64,000 bases of DNA, taken from contig NC_045697.1 of assembly GCF_009834535.1 (NCBI RefSeq), positions 67,706,001-67,770,000 of the forward strand, read 5' to 3'. The notes under the pieces are model-generated. The model searched no databases and was not told the DNA's origin. It saw only the letters and a list, made by a program, of their open reading frames with translations. The translations under genes were made by a program, and so were the position numbers. This stretch comes from Camelus ferus. Lineage: Eukaryota. Positions 52,008 to 64,000 of the stretch are shown one piece after another (positions within the stretch are counted from its first letter, which is position 1; each line of letters begins with the position of its first letter).

Positions 52008-53930
52008 ATTCTTTCTGTGATGCCTTGGCATCAGGCACAGCAATCACTTTGCAGAGCAGAGGTGAGGCCTGGGACAGAATCCACACCCTGGGGCGCACTG
52101 GCTGCAGTCCTTCTGAAAGGGCCAGCCGGCACCTGGTGCTCAGCCATCCTGTGGTACGGTTGCAAACCTGGCTGATTTTGTTCCAGCACATCTCCTGAGA
52201 CGTGGGTAGGCTGAGGAGTCTACTAGCAACTCCATTATCCAGGTTTACTCAGTAAGAGTAACAGATATAACAAAGGAGACCCTTCGCATTGAGTAGCTTG
52301 TAGGGGCCTCCTTTTCCAGCGAGTAATCTGGATACTGACCAGAGCTGGAGTGTAGTTTCTTCGGACCAAGATGTCATTTACCTCTTTCCTGAATGTTGGG
52401 TAGGGGCCTGACCCATGTCTAATGATGGTGGCTGTAGGTCCCAGGGTTTCTGTTTGAATTTCATTGCCCAATGTGACCTGCATCCACTAGGCAGGGGGCC
52501 TTTTTCTCTCTCTGAGATCCACACAGTTCTGCTAGTGGGTCCTGAAGTTATAATTTCAATCTTTTGTAAAATTTTTCATGAACTCTGTTTAGTAAGATAA
52601 TCTTTATAACCAAAATAGTGAGGCAAAGCTGGTGACCTTACCATTGTGGCTGGTATTGGGTCATCATCTGGGCCAATAAAATCTACAATATGATCAAAAA
52701 ATAATCATGATCTCTAAGCAATTCAGTAGGGTTCGTCCTCTTGGGCTCTCTATTATAAGAGGGCTATATTGCAAAATCTGCCATTGATTGGGTTGCCAAT
52801 GTGTAGAAGATGATGAGATGAAAATGGTAAGGTAAGAGGATGTGAGTGACAATCTCCCTAATGACAAATGAGTGGAGTTTCCCTACAAGTACCAACAAGG
52901 AGCCTTGGAGAAGACCTCTAGTTGGTGTCAGGGGTTTGGAGTCCCCGAGGCCTGGAAATTGAGAAGTATTAGAGCCTGGGGTAAAATTCCTGTCCATTTG
53001 GGGAACCAGTTATAGTTTAAAAGCTTGAGGAATATGGTGGAGGCAGCACTTCTGGAGGGAGCAGCCAGCAGGAGTCCAGTGAAGGAATGGGTGAGTCACG
53101 GTATGGACTGCATACCTCAGAGCTCCACTAGAGGGCAGCAGCAGCCTGATCAAACCAGTTTGCCTCCCTAGTAGGATCTGCCCCCAGGGACAGATGTCCC
53201 CACTTGGGAGCCTTCCAGAGTTTTGTTTGGGAGCAGAGGGGGCAATTGTTTACCACTTTGGCTAGAGCTGGGGTGAAGGGTATGCTGTACCTGCGTGCCC
53301 AGTCAGTGAGTGTTGTCACACTCCTATGGCCTGATGTAACATGAGTCCACCTGTCAGTGGGTACAGCATCTCTGCAGGAATAGTGGTGTCTGGAGCTGTG
53401 TCTGGTATTCTGGAGGTGGCACATATGGGGCCTCAGAACACATGTAATTTGGATAAGGAGTCTATGGTATTACCATGTGCTTTTGGGGTTTGTTGGCATG
53501 TGTGTCCAGAGATGTGAGTGACCACAATCAGCATGTGTGAATTGGCTCTCTTTCCAAATGGAGATTTCCAGACAGGGTTTCCCTTAATCATGAAATTATT
53601 CTTTGCCATTGTCCAGACTGGACTGCAAGCCCGCTGGCCAGCACCCAGGATTCCATAAAAATGTGTGCCCTTCAGAGTCCCATTTTATATTGTAGATCCA
53701 GGCACAATGCCACCAATTCTGCCAGTTGGGCTGAGTCAGGAGAGCCCTCCTTGAGTAGGGATATGCCACTAACAGTCTGATTGGTCCTGAGTTGGAAGCA
53801 CGGCAAAGTATGGGGAAGCTGGCAGTCGCTGACCACATCCTTATGGTTCTGAGCCAGTTGCTACAGAAGTTGTTGTTTGGCTTCCTGGGCTGGTTGCTAC
53901 CAAGTTTGTGGGTCAGAGTATGTGCACATA
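52008..53930 (-). mobile_element. Decayed ERVL internal region: RNase H and integrase remnants
   Basis: ORF 53128-53424 contains WTHVTSGH...WA...NNCPLCSQ (integrase HHCC zinc finger); upstream frames give AQLAELVA and DSW-like RNase H motifs. Confidence 0.8.
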
Positions 53931-54744
53931 TAGTCTGATCATGTGGTCTGTCCAGTATATATTTAATCTTTTCCTATGGGTGTTTTATAAATAAAATCAA
54001 ACAATTCACGTAAAACTTTTGGGCAGTGTCTGGCATAACATAGCACTCTATAAAGCACTGCTATTATCAATAATGATAATGGTAATTACTATTATTAAGT
54101 TTCTATTCTAAACATTCTAGAAAACTAAGAAACCTAGAAACAGCAACTCTGGAAAGTTTTGTTACCTTCACCTTGACTAGAGCGCATGCTAAATAAGGCT
54201 TATATTGACTCATAGGAAATTATCATTTTGGGGGGTAAAAATGTTTAAAAATCTATGATTTTAATGGCTCCATTACCAAAATTATTCTGGTCAATGTATA
54301 TATTAAAAATTACATGATAGCCCATACATTTACCTTAAAACCTTTATCAATAATAACCTTCCTTTTATGTTGCCTCACTTATTTCATTCAGATGATGTTA
54401 ACGTTTTAGAGGAAAATATGCATAACTACAGACAGTGATAATTACATGGAATGACTGGCACAGAACAACTATTTTAAAAGGGAATAAATCAATAAACCTA
54501 AGGACAGGTTATTGACATCACCTTAATGGTCCTAAAAATTATATCATCTCTGAAGGAGTAAGATGTCTGAAACTCAATCACTTGCCTGCTGTGGTATTTT
54601 GCAAAATGTATTTAGAAAGAAGTACTGCATGAAAGAATGAAGTATTTGTAACTTCAAGAGGGCCCGTTAACCTGTTTTCTGCTAAGCTCAAGAGCTGCTG
54701 GGAGAACTCGCACCTCCAGGTCTGGCTTGCTTGCCTCCTGTACT

Positions 54745-54970
54745 ATCCCAGTAGGCGGGAAGCCCAGTTACTGCCTACTTAGTAATTTGCATATAATCAC
54801 TCATATTATTTGGTGATGCTGATTTCAGATCTATTTATAGGTAACTGAGAAACATGGCAAAATAACTGCACAGTAAGCCTAATGGCCTTGCTCAGGTTGC
54901 ACATCCAATTGTTCTCTTTATTTTCCACTCCACTTTCACACGCTTGGGTAAACTGGGTGGGATTGGGGCC
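54745..54970. promoter_or_regulatory. Motif cluster: octamer, MEF2/TATA, CCAAT
   Basis: ATTTGCAT 54785-54792; CTATTTATAG 54831-54840; CCAAT 54905-54909; GGGTGGGATTGG near 54955; no repeat recognised here. Confidence 0.3.
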
Positions 54971-56366
54971 TGCACATTTTATTTGAAACAACTGTTTTAA
55001 ACTTTAGTTTATAGATAATACAGTTCCATTAACAAGGTATGATTTTTATCCTACTGTCCAGGTGAGCTAAACATGAAAATTGAGTTTACTGGCTCTGCAA
55101 TGAAATAAGCCTGAGAGTCTGACTATAGGTAGCTGTTCCCAGACATCATCATTCACTGTATTAATGATGAGAATTACCAGGAGGGATCAATTCAATCCAT
55201 CTTCTTCATACACAGCCAGGATATAATGAATACTTTGTCTTGCCACACATCCTTGTCAGAGAACTTGTGTTTTCTCTCAGCTTTAAACATGTAGATTAAC
55301 AGTGACTAAACCTGAATTCAAGTGGTACCTTGTTTAAAACTATGTAAGAAAATTCCATAAAGTAAATTAATTTTCAGGTATGCACATATTTCCGAAGAGA
55401 AATTTCCTTTCCTAATCAAGTTTTATTATTTTGAAAATGAGGGCACGTTTTTGCATATGGTAAGGTCACTCTTAGCCTCTTCTACCTTCCATACGTAAAG
55501 AGAAAAGTAAACTTCCTTACACCAATTCCTTCAAGATGTCTCTTTAAAGACTTTACTATCTTAAGAAAATTATTTGGCATGAATACAAGTATTGTCGAGC
55601 TTTTATTAAAGTGTCTTTTACACTGCAATATTTTTAATGTAATCAGGACAGAAGCCAACATATATAGACTAATAAATAACTTAATGTCTTACAATGGATA
55701 TCTGCTGTGGTTGCACATAATCAGAATTATTATCTGCCCAGCAGATGGGTGCTTAGCCAGTTGGCTAACACTTCTATTTGAGTAGCTTTTGCCAAAAAAA
55801 AAGTCTCAATATCAGAGAACATTTTTTTCTTTTGTCATCTATTTTCCATGAAATAACTTGGTATCTAATTACAAAGATTCAAATTCATTTAAAGCATACT
55901 AATTAAGGGGTAGTTATAACACCTTTTATCTCTTTCCATTTACTCTTACTCAATTTTACAATTACAAAACTAACACTAGTGTAGTGAATATAAAACTAAC
56001 TGCAGAACTTCTCAGGATAATCTTCCAGGCACTTAGCAGCCTTTAGCCATATGGGTTTTGCATGTACAGTTCCAAAATGGCTCTTATCCATATACATTTA
56101 TGGAGACGTTTTTAAAAAAAGGAAATATATTTGGGTGATATTGAGGACAAGAGTTAGCAACTATGAAAATGAGCTTGCCATAGGCCAGATACCATTCGTT
56201 TGTAAACCTGCTGGGTATAGGCATGCCTTGTGTGTGATCATCTTATGTCAGTTCTGGTCTATCAGCAGCTGTTCTAAGTATCCAGAAACTTTTTACTTTT
56301 TGGCTTGCTTCTTAAAATCAAACCCATTGTAAAATCATCTTAGTACAAGTACTGTTTCCTCTTAGA

Positions 56367-56778
56367 ATTGTGCAGCTGACACCACAGTGACTCCACCCGG
56401 ATCTCTCCGAGCCTGGGCACCCATTCCCAGCACCTGTGTCTCTTGCTGTGACCTTCAGAACACGGTCTGGGTGCTTCAAGGTGTCATGTCCAGGTAGAGG
56501 TAACAAGTCCTTTGGAGTTTATTATCTGCAGGTGCAGACAGGCCAGAAGGCGATGACTGACTGATTCTCCTGGTTACGTTGAGGGAGCGAGGGAGGGAAT
56601 CCCAGCTCCCTCATCTGAGAGGTGACCACTCCAGAGACCCTACCCTTGGGGACAGGCTGAGACTTCACCTAAAATTACACCTTTGCTTGACTCCTTTCCT
56701 TCCCTATCTTTCTTTGCCCATTTTGTTCCCTCAAACCCTTGACTCAAAGTCTGCTTATCAGAGAAACAACTGCAGACA
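56367..56778 (+). mobile_element. LTR16-type ERVL LTR
   Basis: cacccattcccagc, ggccagaag, cccagctccctc; terminal ctcaaagtctgctt..gagaaacaactgcagaca. Confidence 0.65.
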
Positions 56779-59689
56779 AGTTGTATCTGTGCCTTTCACA
56801 TTGTGCTGTTTGGTCAGGGGTTGATCAGTAACTGTGGAATGAATGAATACTAGCAATATAAGCAAAGTGGATAAAGAAGAGATCCTTGGTTCAGAGATTT
56901 AAGAACATTTGATCATTTTCTTATGCCTTTTTTCCTCCTTTCCTTGAGGGAATGATTTGCTATGGTGCATGCTGTAAATTCTTGTATACAATCTACTATT
57001 TGATACTTGGTGTTGAATTTTAAATGCGCGGGGGGGGGAGGGGCATGAGGTACCTAGAGAAATTTTACCACATTGAACAAATCTCTGTTTCTATGATGCT
57101 ATAAATGCTCAGTCAGCTGTAAGTGTTCTCTGTGACTGCAAGTAATAATCACAGGCAAGTCTTGGGATAGGCGGTAGCACAAAAGCTAACTTCAGTAACT
57201 CAGTGACCAAGGAAAAGAGAGCAGCAAAAACATGGTTTACAAAAACTTGAATGATGGTCATGCAGATAATGAAACAAAAAATACCAAAATCACATATTTT
57301 TAATTTTAAAGTCTTAATTTCAACTTTAATTGAAATATAGTCACCCTAAAGCTAACTTGTCTGCTATTATGATGAGCATTTTTACGCTGCATAATTACAT
57401 TCAGCTTCTTGTGAGGATCTAGAAACTTATAATAAAACACAAACATAATCTGAGTACTAGGAATTTTGCAATCCAATGCTATTTGGTTATTAATGTGTGT
57501 ATGAGAAGTAGAATCTTTGACTTTTTCCCCAGAGATGTATTTCACTTTTAAAGAAAACAACACTTTCAAATAACTATGCATGAGGTTTTTAATGATTAAA
57601 TTTTCTGTCATAATCTTGAGTCCAGTCAGTAAGATACAATAATTAATGAATAAGTTAGTTGCCTTTAATGTTCTACAGTTTAGTGATATACAACTTGCAG
57701 TGTCTCAGAATCTTTCAGAATTATGCCTAGATGAGCAGGCATCTGATATATTGCTTCTTTGGTAAGAGTATAATAGCCAAAGAACAATTACTAGCTTTGT
57801 GAGGATGGCATTTTATCAATGGAACTTCCATTAAGTTAGCCTTCCATCTTGTTAATGTCATGCTCTTTTTTCAGGACCTTGACATCATTATAATGTGTCA
57901 CTGTAGCAGGAAAAAAAATGTACTTTTTAAGTACCATGGATATAAATGTGTATTCCTGTCTCTGGTAAATTAGCATTCAAAGCTTTCTCACTGCAGTCAT
58001 TTTAAGGACTGCACAGGAATAATATAGATATAAAAAGTATATCACTTTTGACAGGAAAAAAATGCTACTTGCCCAACTGCTTGTTAACATTCACTCTTTA
58101 CATATGGCATTCCCAAAAAAGTAGTGTTCAAAAGTGTTTTCATGGTATAGTCAGCATTCTGCTTCACTTGTCCTAATGGTAAAGCTTAACCTGAATTAAG
58201 CTGAATATTCATAAAGATGGCATTTTAAATATAGCTCTTCCCTACAAACAGAGTCATCTTAAGGGTTAGAAATGAAGTGCTTTAAAAAAATAAAATGCTC
58301 TTTTCTCTCATATGATTTGATTTCTATCGTATTTTGTGAAGATAGAGATCAGGGAATATATATGAAGTATAGTAAAATTAACTATTATCTTGAATAAGCA
58401 AAAGATGCTGTTGATAGTTATGCCTGCATAATGCCAAAAGGGAACACTAAAAATTGAAAATTTCAGGCACATAGCCAGTTTTTGATTGATTGGATTACAA
58501 GTAACTGATCTGACAGATTACTTTTTCCTCCAAGGAACTGCCCAGATTTTGATGAAGCTGACCAAATCTGTCAACTCTGTAGGTGGCATCTTATTGAATC
58601 AAGAAAATATCAATGCCCTCTCAATAAATCTGAGTGCCAAATTTTTTACTAGCTAACCTCATATCCTGTAATCACTGGTCAGGAGTGATTACATACCTCG
58701 TGATGTCTTCATAATAGCTAAAAATATTCTCCTACCCATTTGGAGATAAAAAGTACAGAAAAAAAAATCATTGCCACTAAAAAAAGAAACCTGCTGTCAT
58801 CTTATATTCAGCATATCTCTTCCAATTTTCTACTAGTGACTTCTTAAGTTATTTTAGTACACCTATTAGATCTTGCTACACTCATAAAACTTCTCAGATT
58901 TTCTATTATCTTATAATGCACCAGCCGACAGTATAAATGAAATCAAATCCAGGTATCCCACAGCAATGAAGGGAGGATTTTTTCATGTGGAGGAGAGCTG
59001 TCTAGGCTTCAGAGACCCAACCATTGTCCCCTTTTAGGGATATCTTAGATATTAACTGCTGTTGGGCAAGGCAGTTAGAGGCAAGAGGGCTAGAAGGTCC
59101 ATCTCTGATGGATCCCTGATGCACAGAACTCAGCAGAGTAATGCTCCTCTATTTTACCCAAAAAGAAAATACAGAACCCTTCTCTTAATTCCCTGTAGCA
59201 CAATTGAGACCAATTAGAAGATGTCAGCACAGCTTAAGTAAGGTTTCATATATTACAGAAGATAGATATAAAAGTAGAGGGTTTTTTAAAATATTTAATA
59301 ATTCCCTGTTAAGGACTCCCACTAAGGCTAGGGAATGCCACACACCCTTATCACCCCTTAACTTCTGGTCTTACCCAAAGTGGGGGGGGGGCATTTAAAC
59401 TGCATCACCCAGGACCCACTCTCAAGCATACCTAGATTCAATTGCACAAAAAATAGTAATGTTTCCCATCTATTAAAGTCTGTCTTCCAAATGTTGGCTT
59501 CCTGTGTCTTCCTTTATTGTTAAAAAAAAAAAAAAAAGACCAACCTTTGAATATAAAACAATATATCTTCACAGGAGATAAGCACATATAGCTATTGAGA
59601 AGTTTTATTTTAAATCTCTTCTAATTCCTTGAATTATCTTTATTTCTTTTTGCCTTTCCTTTTGTGAGTAACCTTTCAAAAGAGTAGGT

Positions 59690-60450
59690 TTTTTTGTTCC
59701 TCTCCCCACTGTCCTGTACATTGATTGAGACTGCTTGCAGTCAGGTATCTACCACTGCTTAACTGGAAACCAACCATCTAATCACAAAATCAGGTGACCC
59801 TTTCTCAGTCTGATCCTCTATCAATCTCTCTATAACCATCCACACAGCTGACTGTCTTCCTAAAATTGTATTATTCCCTTGGGTCCGATGAACACATACT
59901 ATTCTGCTGTTTCTCTTGACACACAGCCTATTCCTCTCTTTTATTCTTTACGGACTCTTCCTGTTTCACTACTGCCCAAATGTACTTGTGTTACAAGATT
60001 CAAGGTCGTGCTGCTTTTCATCTTTATTGGCCTCTCTTCTTTGGCAGTCCCAGAGTTACAACCATCCCATTTTTGTGAGTACTTCCTAAATCTCTGAACC
60101 TTGATATCTCTTGACTGATCTAGTCCACAGTCTATAACTCTCTGTTGTGATATCTAGCTGAATACCCTGGAAGATGCCTCAAACACAACATGTTTTAAAT
60201 GATATCTATTTTATTCATTAAAACAATTATTTTTTCTAATTTCTCCTATTTGGTTTATGGTAATTCTATTTTTCTCAATTACCTCGTCTCCACGTGATTG
60301 TATAGCATTTGACTTCTCTCTGCTCTTCACTTCCTGTATCTAATCATTTCCCAGGGCAGTTTTCTCTTTGGTATTTTGATTCTGTCCTTTCCTTTCAGGT
60401 GGTTTTCTTCCCTATTCAAGTTGTTCTTCATGTTTGGCCTTCATGTTTGG
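59690..60450 (+). mobile_element. L2 internal fragment
   Basis: aaaatcaggtgaccctttctcagtc..cacagctgact..tgcctcaaacacaacatg..tttgacttctctctg. Confidence 0.65.
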
Positions 60451-60639
60451 CCTTAACTCTTTCCTTTTTTTTTTTTTTTTTTTTTCTTTTGGTTTGGCTG
60501 GTTATCAAAATAATTCTTATTCACAGTAAAAAATAAACTGTAATGAAATTTGAAGTTCTCTGCCAGCACAAATACTCCATTCCTTCTATTACCACAGTTT
60601 TATGTGGATCAGTCCAAAAATTATCATTCATGCACGCAA

Positions 60640-60900
60640 ATATATTTCCAAATCATTTCTAAAGTAGCCGAAACAATATAATCTTTAACTAGCAATGTAT
60701 GAAAATGCTATTTCCCCACACTCTTCCAACCCTTCTGTTATCATGCCTTATTATTTGCCAATCTGTTCTCTTATTGTTGTTTTAATTTGCATTTTATTAT
60801 TTATAAATAAGACTGAGCATCTATTCATATGCTTATAAGTAATTTGTGTCACTTTTTCTGTGAAATGCCTGTACATATTGTCTTCTATTTTTTTCCTTCT
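60640..60900 (-). mobile_element. Old L1M fragment
   Basis: agcaatgtatgaaaatgctatttccccaca..tttgccaatctg..ttgttgttttaatttgcattt..tgagcatct. Confidence 0.7.
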
Positions 60901-62062
60901 TGTATCACTGCCTCAAGCCTCTTTCGGCTTCTATGATGATTACAAATTGTGTCTAGATTAATCTTACTAATTCACATTTCCAGAACATTGCCTACTTAAA
61001 ATATTTTAAATGATTGTTGATTTTTCAACTGTTTAAAATTGAAACCTCCTGGTACCAGTATACAAGTCAAAGTTCTTAGGTACAGGCCTTAGGAAGCAGA
61101 AATCTGAATGATTCTTAGCTGAAATGCATTTCCTTGGAAGGATATTGAGAAACTCAGAATCTATGGCAGGGCTTGAGAATCATATCTGGATGTCACACAT
61201 TTTGGGGAAAAAAGTACTTGAAATTATGTTGCTAAAACCTTTCGTCAAAGATACCAGTGATATTGCTTTGATACCATCAATACTGAAAAATGGTTGCTGT
61301 CAGTGGAGCAAAACCTGCGGATAACTTTGGAAAATAAATGTTAGCTGACCTCTTTGCTACCATACCTAGCTGGTCATTCACTTCAGATTAAAGAGCTGGG
61401 ATGTAGCCATCTGGTTGCCCTACACCCTGTACCTGAGCTCCACATTCAGGAGAAACACAGAAAGCAATTCTCTAACACTTTTCATTTCTAGAGTTGGATG
61501 TGTGCTTTGCTTCACAAGTCAGTGGATTCTCCACATATAGGAAGGGTTTCAAAAGCTGAACACCACGAAGAAAGACAGATTCTACTAAGGTTGCTCTTAA
61601 TTCCCTAATATGCCCTCACTTTATATAAAGAGGTATTTGTTTCATTCTTAATATAGCCTAAGGTCATCCCACCTAGACATAGCCATTGCTAATGCACACG
61701 CTGAAGTTTTTGCATCCCTCCTTTTTGCTTCTCTTTTTTTTTTTTTTTTTTTTTTGCCTAGACTGCTTACTTTTGGTCATTATATCCACTTTTAAGATTT
61801 TGACTTCAAATATCTTTTCTTTGAGGCTCCCCTAATAGTTCCCCTTCTCTCAACTGTCATACAATTTGATCCCACCAAACAATAATACCCACTGAATTCT
61901 GCCTTGTCCGGAAATTATTCTAATATGCACTGTCTCATCCTATTACTCTGTAAGCACCAATTTTATAGGGACAGTGCCATTTCATTTTTCAATGCATTAA
62001 AATATTCAGAAGACTTAGATATTAATTTAAAGAACTCATGAAAAATAGATTTATACTTCCTT

Positions 62063-62480
62063 GCCATTCATTTACTCATTCAGCAAATATGTATTAAATT
62101 CCTACTATATATGCCAATATTCTGCTTAGAGTTAAAGATATAATGATGAACAAGATTGATTCAATGTTTTATAGATTTAGAAACTAAAAACCAAACTACA
62201 ACACCAATAAAACAAACAAAATACAAGTAAATAAAAATTTCAGTAACATTTTTAATGCTTAAAATATGTTGTGGAAACTAATTTCCTATGTAAAGAGCAG
62301 TCTGGAGAAGTGAAAGAGGGAAGTGGTGTGATTAGTTAGAAGGCGTAATTGGCTTGTAAATGAAAGATGACAACTGCATGAATTAAAGTGGTAGCGACTG
62401 AGATGGAAAGAAGCAAATACATGTTGCATGTGAAACTGAGAGGAACTAATGATGATCTGGATATTGCCTATGAAAGAAAA
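62063..62480 (-). mobile_element. L2 3' fragments
   Basis: cattcatttactcattcagcaaatatgtattaaattcctactatatatgcca. Confidence 0.7.
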
Positions 62481-62669
62481 TGCTAAAGACTAAACTCCAC
62501 TGCATTTCAACAGACCTAATTTTTTTCTCCACCAGCACTTTTATCACTATTAACTCCTTGACCTTCCACCATACTCTTTTGTCTTCCCAGGGTATTGTAT
62601 ATTGCCAGAGATCATTGTATTGAGAACACTGCCAACCCATAATTTTCAAATTCAGTTGATCCTATAATA

Positions 62670-64000
62670 GTAGAGATATATTGGGAGATTAAAAACCACA
62701 ATTTGAACAGGGAGAGATGAAATATAAAGAATTACTAACTATGGTTAGTGAGCAAATATAAAGGGTAACAAGAACTCTAAAGAATGTCTTAAGGCTGAAA
62801 GGCACACAGCCAAGGAAGGAACAAATTTGGAAGGAAGCTCCCATCCCAAGGCTGGGATTCAGATCTCACTGGAGAAAGTGTGGTTGTAGCATACTGGATG
62901 GTGGAGAATTTTGCTGGGCTTGCCCACAGTCACTGGGCAAGCATGAAATATCTTTTATGATATGTGGGCTAAAGGTGGCAAGTCAGAAACACCTCTCCAG
63001 AGTACGAATCAGCTGAGACTGGCAGAGATATGAAGAGAACAGATATACAGGAAGCAGCAGCTGCGACTGGCAAGCAGAAAACACCTTTCCAGGGTGCAAG
63101 TGGACTGAAATTGGCACACTGAGGTACAAATTTATTCAAGGTTTTCTCAGCCTTCTCTGTGGCTGGACAGCACAAGGTCTACCTTGTATATTGCCTGCTT
63201 GAGTGGGCCACTGTATGTTGCCCACACATCTACTGAGGTTGAGGACTCAAGCTTGCTGTGAGACTGCACACTCTGGGTGCAAAGCTGGGACTGACCATCA
63301 CTGGATGTCCCTCTCCCATGCTACTACCAACCATGCAATAGGAACAAAAAGAAGCAAAAGGAAAGATACAATAACCAGGAACAAAAACTCTTGGTAATGT
63401 TCCTCTGGTGCCCCCTACTATCAAAATTTAAAGTTGTACTTAGAGCGAAAAAAAAAAAAAAGCAATGCTCACAAGCACAAGTTCCATTATCACTGTGCAG
63501 GTTATTGAGGATGAATTAGGAGCTGATAGGAAATACACTGATAATTGGAAGAGTTCATCTCTTTGGCTACTTGATTTCCATATGCTTCTGCTATACACAT
63601 TCAAACTTCTGTAGGACAATAACACCATTCTGTTGTTCCACCTAACAAGATATAGTTGTCTTTCTCATAAGTGAGGTTTTCACCATTCCCCCAAACAATA
63701 AGATATAACCATAATATTTCATCACAGAATCTTTGAAAATTTCATAATCTAAACACTAAATGTTAAAGTTATTCTCCTAACAATTGTATATAAAATAAAA
63801 AGAAACAAGAAGATGGAGAGATAAAAATAACATGGTTTGTATGTATAATTAAACATATACCTAAAACAAGCAGAGAAAATATATGCAAACATAGTCTTTC
63901 TTTCTGCAACTGGTCACAAGGCTGTAATATTTAGGGATTCCTTCTTCTGCTCCCCATAATGTGCTTCGCTCGCACTCGTTCAGAACCTCAGCAGTCAGTG
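62670..64000 (-). mobile_element. Ancient ERVL-class LTR (~62670-63552) plus adjoining internal sequence running off the window
   Basis: ggagctgataggaaatacactgataattgg then ctttggctact..ttccacctaacaagat resembles an LTR/internal junction; subfamily uncertain. Confidence 0.45.

Overview
AT-rich eutherian non-coding DNA (intergenic or deep intronic), most likely camelid: it carries a Vic-1-like tRNA-derived SINE and cetartiodactyl-type L1 3' ends. I found no intact protein-coding gene; the supplied ORFs are short and spurious or repeat-derived. Much of the window is old interspersed repeat (MIR, L2, L1M, MLT1, LTR16, MER5, Charlie1, ERV1/ERVL LTRs, and a decayed ERVL pol with an integrase HHCC motif). 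The main finding is a decayed processed retrocopy of talin-2 (TLN2) at about 20385-21100, which the ORF track misses. It fuses the first coding exons (FERM F0-F1 and part of F2), stops at what I recall as an exon end, continues into ~500 nt of intron-like sequence, and ends in a poly(A) tail. It appears to carry ~1.3 kb of L2-containing 5' cargo and splits a Charlie1 transposon, so it may be a fossil of a short, intronically polyadenylated TLN2 transcript. Other points are an L1 with a probable 3' transduction and a 25-bp TSD, a twin-primed inverted L1, a CpG-rich solo LTR, two perfect hairpins and two promoter/enhancer candidates. Repeat subfamily names and TLN2 exon boundaries come from memory and need RepeatMasker/BLAST confirmation.
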